From Candidatus Bathyarchaeia archaeon (GTDB lineage Archaea; Thermoproteota; Bathyarchaeia; Bathyarchaeales; Bathycorpusculaceae), in contig JBEKWR010000010.1 in the NCBI GenBank assembly GCA_049512935.1, forward strand, positions 1-64,000: a DNA stretch of 64,000 nucleotides, read 5' to 3'. The notes under the pieces are model-generated. The model was not told the origin of the DNA. It worked only from the letters and a program-made list of their open reading frames with translations, and made no database searches. How positions within the stretch are numbered: the first letter of the stretch is position 1; every line of letters begins with the position of its first letter. This document shows, one piece after another, positions 57,785 through 64,000 of this stretch. The translations under genes were made by a program, and so were the position numbers.

Positions 57785-58720
57785 CTAAAATATCCTCTTG
57801 CCGCAGAATGGACACATGGTTTGGTCGCTTCGGACGGATCTTCTGCAGTTAGGACAAGTCTTCGAGTAAACTGACGAGCCTCTGTAACTTGACGGCGTTG
57901 ACCTGGGGCTGGAAGTTGAAGATTGCCCGTACCGCGAGTAACTTGACGACCTAGCGCCGCTTGAAGGCTGATTGAAACGTGCGTACACCGAAGAGCTTGA
58001 CGACTCCTGCCTGTAGCTGGGGCTTGGAGCCTGATTGAAAGCGGGTCCGACTTCGGGTCTGGACGGCGCAGGAGCAGGCTCTGGTCCGTAACGTGGACGT
58101 TCCTCATCAAGCAACGTTTTCCGCTTGCCTCGTCCCCTGTAAAGGAGCGCGGCTGGAATTGCGCAGGCAACCACAACCACGGCGATTATGCCGATTAATA
58201 GCGATGACCCGATTCCGCTTCCGCTCGCGGTTGGAGCCAAAGTGGGCTGATACGTGACCCATGGTGTTGGCGTCGGGGCGGCTGAAGGCTGTTGTGTTGG
58301 CGCGGGAGTAGTAGTTGTGGTTGATGAAGAACTTGCGGCGCCTGAGGTTACAGTGAACAGCCCAGTTGCAGTATAAGGGGGCACAGCATTATCCTGAGCC
58401 GAAATGGAGGAGGCGCCTAAACTTGCGTCGCCGGGTATTTCAGCCTTTACGTTCAAGTTTCCAGAATTATCAGCTGTTGCTGAAGTCATAGTCTCTGTTC
58501 CACCAAAAACGATGTACACCGAACCGCCTGGAATAAATCCTGATGCCGTCACAGTGACCATTTGACCCGGTGGGCCTTCATCGGGAGTGATTGTCAAAGG
58601 CGCATCGGCTTTAGCTACGGGCGCCACAGACGCCGCTGAAGCTAAAACAGTAAGAACCAATAACACAAGTATTAATGCGCCTGATTTTCTCTTCAAACCT
58701 GTAAAGGCTTTTCCCAGCAT
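57785..58720 (-). CDS. Ig-like ectodomain + TM + cytoplasmic zinc-ribbon protein
   Basis: Signal peptide, GPPGQMVTVTASGF, TM, Ser/Pro-rich tail, CPNC...CPFCG. Confidence 0.75.
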   Translation of the reverse strand: MLGKAFTGLKRKSGALILVLLVLTVLASAASVAPVAKADAPLTITPDEGPPGQMVTVTASGFIPGGSVYIVFGGTETMTSATADNSGNLNVKAEIPGDASLGASSISAQDNAVPPYTATGLFTVTSGAASSSSTTTTTPAPTQQPSAAPTPTPWVTYQPTLAPTASGSGIGSSLLIGIIAVVVVACAIPAALLYRGRGKRKTLLDEERPRYGPEPAPAPSRPEVGPAFNQAPSPSYRQESSSSSVYARFNQPSSGARSSSYSRYGQSSTSSPRSTPSSYRGSSVYSKTCPNCRRSVRSDQTMCPFCGKRIF

Positions 58721-58937
58721 GAACTCTCCCCGATTGGTAAGGGTTCACTTGCTTATTTAACACTTTGCAAAAAACACGTTGAAAAAAAGCACGGTATCCA
58801 CGAGTGCAAAACCGCAAATTCGCCATTTTCGCGTCTCTGCCCACCGCTGGGGAACACTTAACAGTCGAGCTTGCAACGCCAGCTCCCATAGGCAACTCTT
58901 CAAGTCTTAAAGCTCGTTTACTCAAAGAAGAGCGTCG

Positions 58938-59936
58938 TTAAGAGAGCTGCTCCAAGGTTTGAGAGTCTTCCTTCAAGATTGGGCGTCCATCCTGGTAGGA
59001 ACACTTAAGCCCGAATTTCTTAACGCAGTCAAGGCAGAGAACGGGGTCGCAAAGCGTCGTGCTCAAGTACTTTTCGCCGCCGTCAGGAGCAATCGCAACG
59101 ATAACCCCTTTCTCCAGCTCCCTTGCTTTCTTAGCCGCAACAGAGAAAATGGCGCCTGAACTTGAACCCACAAAGATTCCCTCCTGCAAAGCAAGCAGCC
59201 GCGCCGCTTCGTCGGCTTGCCTCGGGTGAACATAATGAATCTCGTCTACAAGCTCTTGCCTCCAGATGGCGGGAACATGCTGGCTGGTCAAATCCTTCAA
59301 TCCTTGAATCGCCGTTTTCGGCTCAGGCTGAACAGCAATCACCTTCACGTCTGGATTGTACTCTTTAAGCCGTTTCGAAACACCCATCAACGTGCCGCCT
59401 GTCCCGATGCCTGCCACGAAATGCGTTACCTGCCCTTCCGTGTCACGCCATATTTCCTCGCCAGTCGTCTGATAATGCGCCAAAACGTTAGCGTCGTTAG
59501 CGAACTGGTTAGGCATGAAATACTTGTCGCCGCCGCGGTTCACGATTTCATGAGCCAAATCCTCCGCGCCATCCATCCCTTTCGCGCCGTCGCTGAGAAG
59601 AATCTGGGCGCCCAACGCGATTAAGATTTGGCGTCTCTCCAAGCTCATGATTTCAGGCATCACCAAAACCAAGTTGTACCCCTTCGCGCGGCAAACCAAG
59701 GCTAACCCTATTCCAGTGTTACCGCTTGTGGGTTCAATAACCGTTTTCTCCCGCGTCAGCTTCCCCGACTTCTCCGCCTCCTCAATCATGTACTTGGCGA
59801 TTCTGTCTTTAACTGAACCGCCTGGATTGTGCTTCTCAAGCTTAACGTACATCTCCACGTTGGGGTTAAGGTTAAGCTGATTGATTTTCACCATCGGAGT
59901 GTCCCCGATGAGATCAAGGATACTTGCTACTTTCAT
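58938..59936 (-). CDS. cysM: Cysteine synthase (PLP-dependent)
   Basis: NPGGSVKDR, PTSGNTG, GIGTGGT, GSSSG; Cys-rich C-terminal extension. Confidence 0.88.
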   Translation of the reverse strand: MKVASILDLIGDTPMVKINQLNLNPNVEMYVKLEKHNPGGSVKDRIAKYMIEEAEKSGKLTREKTVIEPTSGNTGIGLALVCRAKGYNLVLVMPEIMSLERRQILIALGAQILLSDGAKGMDGAEDLAHEIVNRGGDKYFMPNQFANDANVLAHYQTTGEEIWRDTEGQVTHFVAGIGTGGTLMGVSKRLKEYNPDVKVIAVQPEPKTAIQGLKDLTSQHVPAIWRQELVDEIHYVHPRQADEAARLLALQEGIFVGSSSGAIFSVAAKKARELEKGVIVAIAPDGGEKYLSTTLCDPVLCLDCVKKFGLKCSYQDGRPILKEDSQTLEQLS

Positions 59937-60076
59937 CAAAAGCGCCGCCTAAATACAACATAATACCTATGCCTAAATCGCCTTAAAACCTTACGCACGC
60001 CCAGTTTAGCCATCAATAAACACAACTCGCTAAAGCGAAATAAAGGTTAAGGCAAGAATCTGCATCAAGCGTGCGC

Positions 60077-60514
60077 TCATCGGCTGTTGTCGGCTAATGG
60101 ATATCTGCTCATAGCTGCGAGCATTACTTCACTGAATGATTTTTTGCTGAGGTGCCTGGCAAAATCTGAAGTGGCTATTATACCAACCAAAACGTTTTTC
60201 TTCGTAACTGGGAGTCGCCTGATTTTGTACTTGACCATTTTCCTCGCGGCATCTCTGAGTGAGGCGTCCTCCTCGATTGTTATGAGCGGATTAGACATTA
60301 CTTCAGATACTTTAGTATCAAGCGATTTTTTCTGCGCCAGTACCCTTCTAACTAAGTCTCTTTCAGTAACTATGCCCTTAGCCACAACGCCATCCATTAC
60401 CACAAGGTCACCGACGTCTTGTTGATGCATTAGTTTTGCAGCTTGAAGCACCGTTCCTTGAACTTCGATTGTGATGACATTCGTTGTCATAAAATCTTTT
60501 ACTGCTGGCATCAT
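60077..60514 (-). CDS. CBS-pair protein
   Basis: VKDFMT, GIVTERD, VSEVMS, IRRLPV, GIIATSD. Confidence 0.9.
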   Translation of the reverse strand: MMPAVKDFMTTNVITIEVQGTVLQAAKLMHQQDVGDLVVMDGVVAKGIVTERDLVRRVLAQKKSLDTKVSEVMSNPLITIEEDASLRDAARKMVKYKIRRLPVTKKNVLVGIIATSDFARHLSKKSFSEVMLAAMSRYPLADNSR

Positions 60515-60703
60515 TTACAAAGTCTGTAGCCAATAGTATAAAAGTGTTGTGACGTGAACTTGTAGGTAGAAAACTCATAAAGTTACTACTCAGTACAATG
60601 CAGTCGAAACTGCCAAAGATTCTTTTATGAACCGATTTCGTTCCGAAAATACTCGTAATCTGTGATCAATATGCCAAAGTAAACTCAATTTCGTGTTAAT
60701 GTG

Positions 60704-60856
60704 TGGTGCTGAGGGCAGGATTCGAACCTGCGAACCCCTGCGGGAAAGGATTTCCCATCTGGAGCCCATTACAGGCCAAATGTTAGATCTTGAGTCCTTA
60801 GTGGAACACGCACAGCGCGCATTCTTTCACCTTTGACCTGGCTTGGTTACCTCAGC
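60704..60856 (-). tRNA. tRNA-Leu(CAA) with two introns (60825-60798 at 28/29; 60788-60752 at 37/38)
   Basis: Acceptor GCTGAGG/CCTCAGC-A-CCA, T-arm GCAGG-TTCGAAT-CCTGC, long variable arm; removing both introns gives an 88-nt cloverleaf with AAGGA-CTCAAGA-TCCTT. Confidence 0.93.
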
Positions 60857-60919
60857 CCGATGCAAGCCTAAAATGTCTGGGTTCTGTCTTATTAATCATT
60901 TCCATCCGCAGCTAGCGTG

Positions 60920-62704
60920 TTAGATAACTTTTTCTAAGTCAGCGATGAAGCGTTCGAACACTTTTAAGCCGCCGTTCCAGAAGCTTGGGTCAGCCACGTT
61001 TAAGCCCACGATTTTGCCGATTTCCATGGGTGACACGCTGCTGCCCGCCGACAACGCCGCTTCCAGCTTTGGCACAAACGCCTTGCCCTCCTCTAGGTGC
61101 CGCTCGTACAGCGAGTAGACGAACATTTGGGCGTAGACGTAGGGGTAGTTGTAGAATCGGTAATTCGCCATGTAATAGTGCGGCTTCATCGCCCATTCTG
61201 CCTCCATTTCGGGGAACCATGTGACTGCGTCGCCGAAGATGCGGTCCCGCGCCGCCGTCCAATGCCTGCAAATGGTCGGGTAATCCACGTATTCGCCTTT
61301 CTGAATGCTGCTGTAGAGCGCCTGCTCGAACCAGACGCGCGCGGTGACCTGGAACGTTGTCATGCCTGCCTCGTCGAGAACTTGGCACAAAATAGCTTTT
61401 TGTTCTTGGTCAGATTTTGTTTCGCTCAGAAGCAGGTCGGTTAGAAGCAACTCGCCGAATATGGATGCGGTCTCCGCCACGGTGGACGGAACAGCTGTGT
61501 TCATGAGAGTTTGACTCCGAGACATGTAATAGTCATGGGTCGCATGTCCCAACTCGTGAGCTAACGTGTAAACGTCGTCTATGGCACCGTTGAAACTGTC
61601 CAGAACAAACGCGGATTTGCCTCGGTACCAGCTTGCACAGAACGCGCCGTTGCGTTTGCCAAATCGCGGCGTGGCGTCAATGCGGCGTTTCGCAAACATC
61701 TCTTTGACTGCGGCGGCGTATTCTTCGTCAAAGTGGCTATAGGCACGTATAACGAGGCTTCGGGCTTCTTCAAACGCGAACTTTAGCTCAGGCGCATCGG
61801 GCAGGGGCGCAACGATGTCGTGGTTTCCGAGGACGGGCAGGTTCATGAGTTTAGCTTTCAGTTTCAGGTAACGACGGTATGTGCCCGCGTTTTCCTCTAT
61901 TGCCCGAAGCAGATTCTCCACAATTGCCTGTTCGACGTCATTATTCATGAGGCTGGACTCCATCGGCGTCGCGTATTTTCTACGCTGCGAAACCGTGACC
62001 CAGTCGTTGCAGATGCTGCGCAGGGCTGAAGCGAAGATTTCGCCGTCTCTGCCAAGCAACCCGTAAATCGAGCGGTTCGCGGATTCCCGTGTTGCTCTGT
62101 CAGGGTGAGACAGCAGCCCGTTGGCTTCGCCGTAGCTGAGCTTTTTCTTCTCGCCTGCCACGACAATGTCGAACATGCGGGTGTTTAGCCATTTGCTTTG
62201 CAGTTCTTCCCACGCTTGCACGCCGAACTGGTCCTTTTCGATGATAAGCTGCTCCTCCACCTCGCTCAACTGGTGAGCTACGCGGCGCTGGACGCGCTCC
62301 AGCATGTGGCGGTACCCAGCCAAAACTGGGTCGGCAACGATTTCGGGCTTATCTTTCACGAGCGCGCCGAGTTCCAGCGAAAAGAACGCCAGCTGCTTGC
62401 CCAGCTGCGCCTCAAACTTGCTCACTTTGTCGTAGAGCGCCTGCACATCTGGCAACGTCATGTTAGCTGAAAAAGACAAGCCCGCAAAAAGCGAGACGTC
62501 ACCCAGCTTAACATCGAAAGCCTCCAGTTCATGAATGCACCGGAGCAGGCTGGCTGAGTCAAGAGAGGCTATTTTTCCGCGGTATGACTTCTCGAAAGCA
62601 TCCGCAAACGTTTTGGCTTCGTTAAGTGCTTTTTCAACGGATGGGTCGTTGACGCTTGGGAAAAGCTCCGTTAGATCCCATGTTACTTCTTGCTTGCTGG
62701 TCAT
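60920..62704 (-). CDS. pepF: M3B oligoendopeptidase F
   Basis: WDLTELF, KRNGAFC, TLAHELGHATH, AETASIFGE, FYNYPY. Confidence 0.92.
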   Translation of the reverse strand: MTSKQEVTWDLTELFPSVNDPSVEKALNEAKTFADAFEKSYRGKIASLDSASLLRCIHELEAFDVKLGDVSLFAGLSFSANMTLPDVQALYDKVSKFEAQLGKQLAFFSLELGALVKDKPEIVADPVLAGYRHMLERVQRRVAHQLSEVEEQLIIEKDQFGVQAWEELQSKWLNTRMFDIVVAGEKKKLSYGEANGLLSHPDRATRESANRSIYGLLGRDGEIFASALRSICNDWVTVSQRRKYATPMESSLMNNDVEQAIVENLLRAIEENAGTYRRYLKLKAKLMNLPVLGNHDIVAPLPDAPELKFAFEEARSLVIRAYSHFDEEYAAAVKEMFAKRRIDATPRFGKRNGAFCASWYRGKSAFVLDSFNGAIDDVYTLAHELGHATHDYYMSRSQTLMNTAVPSTVAETASIFGELLLTDLLLSETKSDQEQKAILCQVLDEAGMTTFQVTARVWFEQALYSSIQKGEYVDYPTICRHWTAARDRIFGDAVTWFPEMEAEWAMKPHYYMANYRFYNYPYVYAQMFVYSLYERHLEEGKAFVPKLEAALSAGSSVSPMEIGKIVGLNVADPSFWNGGLKVFERFIADLEKVI

Positions 62705-62839
62705 TTTGATTCACTTTATAATAAGATTAAATTCCACGGGGCTATTTTGGGGTTTCCTGTCTCTTAATTCCTCGCATTAATCATTTCCTGCTACCGCAAA
62801 AGTAAAAGCGTTGCACCAACGATACAATAGGGAACACGC

Positions 62840-63721
62840 ATGCACACAGGACACAAAATAATCCTCGGCAACAGCCAGCAAATGCCTGAACTAGCCGACG
62901 GCAGCGTCCACTTGATGGTTACTTCTCCGCCTTACCCCATGATAAAAATGTGGGACAACCTCTTCATTGACGCAGACCCAAGGATTGGGGCGCTGTGGCG
63001 GAAACTGGAGGCGGACGGCGAAGACGATGCGGTCACGCAAATTTACGACGCGATGCACCTTTACCTAGGGGAGGTTTGGCGTGAAACATTTCGCGTTCTT
63101 TGCGACGGTGGAATCGCATGCATAAACATCGGCGACGCGACCCGCACAGTCAACGGGAAATTCAAGCTTTTTCCCAACCACGCCCGAATCTTGGAGATTT
63201 GCGAGAAAATCGGCTTCACCACGCTGCCTTACATCCTGTGGAAGAAGCCCACGACGAAACCGACGTACAAGGGCAAAGGCGCTTTCCTCGGCTCAGGCTT
63301 CCTGCCGCCGAATGCTTATGTCACGCTTGACTGCGAATTCATCCTGCTTTTCCGCAAGGGCAACCTGCGCAAATTCCCTCCACATGACCCGATACGGTAC
63401 GGCAGCGTCTTCACCAAGCCCCAGCGGGACGAGTGGTTCAGCCAAATCTGGGCTTTGAAAGGAACGCGGCAGACGTCAAGCGAGTTGGAAAGAAGGACCG
63501 CGGCTTACCCCGACGAAATCGCCGACCGCCTCATCAAAATGTTCAGCATCAAAGGCGACACAGTACTTGACCCGTTTCTGGGCTCAGGCACTACGACAAA
63601 GGCAGCAATGCAGAACGAACGCGACAGCATTGGGTATGAGGCAGATCAAAATCTGCTTCCAATCATAAGTAAAAAAATAGGCGAAAGCAACACTGCAGGC
63701 ATGAAGATAATCAAACGCTAA
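62840..63721 (+). CDS. Beta-class N4-C/N6-A DNA methyltransferase, no cognate REase seen
   Basis: TSPPY precedes DPFLGSGTT. Confidence 0.9.
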   Translation: MHTGHKIILGNSQQMPELADGSVHLMVTSPPYPMIKMWDNLFIDADPRIGALWRKLEADGEDDAVTQIYDAMHLYLGEVWRETFRVLCDGGIACINIGDATRTVNGKFKLFPNHARILEICEKIGFTTLPYILWKKPTTKPTYKGKGAFLGSGFLPPNAYVTLDCEFILLFRKGNLRKFPPHDPIRYGSVFTKPQRDEWFSQIWALKGTRQTSSELERRTAAYPDEIADRLIKMFSIKGDTVLDPFLGSGTTTKAAMQNERDSIGYEADQNLLPIISKKIGESNTAGMKIIKR

Positions 63722-63790
63722 GCCAGAAAAATGAAGCATAATTTATAATATGTCGGTTAGTATAGGTTATCGGAAGTTTCATTGGTGTGA

Positions 63791-64000
<210 letters not shown>

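Overview
Archaeal chromosomal DNA. Gene content and style suggest Bathyarchaeia (inference): TFS, archaeal CCA-adding enzyme, a structural tRNA splicing endonuclease subunit, BHB introns, and many Ig/PQQ/FxLYD membrane-anchored surface proteins. Housekeeping genes (hisS, mtnA, cca, thpR, class II HMG-CoA reductase, PPi-type PFK, cysteine synthase, oligopeptidase F) are interspersed with toxin-antitoxin genes, archaeal ATPases and secreted proteins. Highlights: (1) an intact but orphan terminase pair (16730-18483) with no portal, capsid or integrase genes, preceded by a palindromic 55-bp element that recurs inverted (51/55 identical) 9 kb away; (2) a five-gene operon joining a NapH/MauN-type membrane Fe-S protein, a single double-cubane-like reductase, a heterodimeric benzoyl-CoA-reductase-type ATPase activator and a ferredoxin; (3) a wHTH/HTH/MinD-ParA locus centred on a 113-nt G-free tract with a sharp strand-skew switch; (4) tRNA-Leu(CAA) with two BHB introns; (5) two genes whose expected N-termini are best explained by ACG start codons; (6) several operator-like or dif-like palindromes and a stranded ATPase promoter. 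All calls come from motif recognition by eye; no database searches were run.
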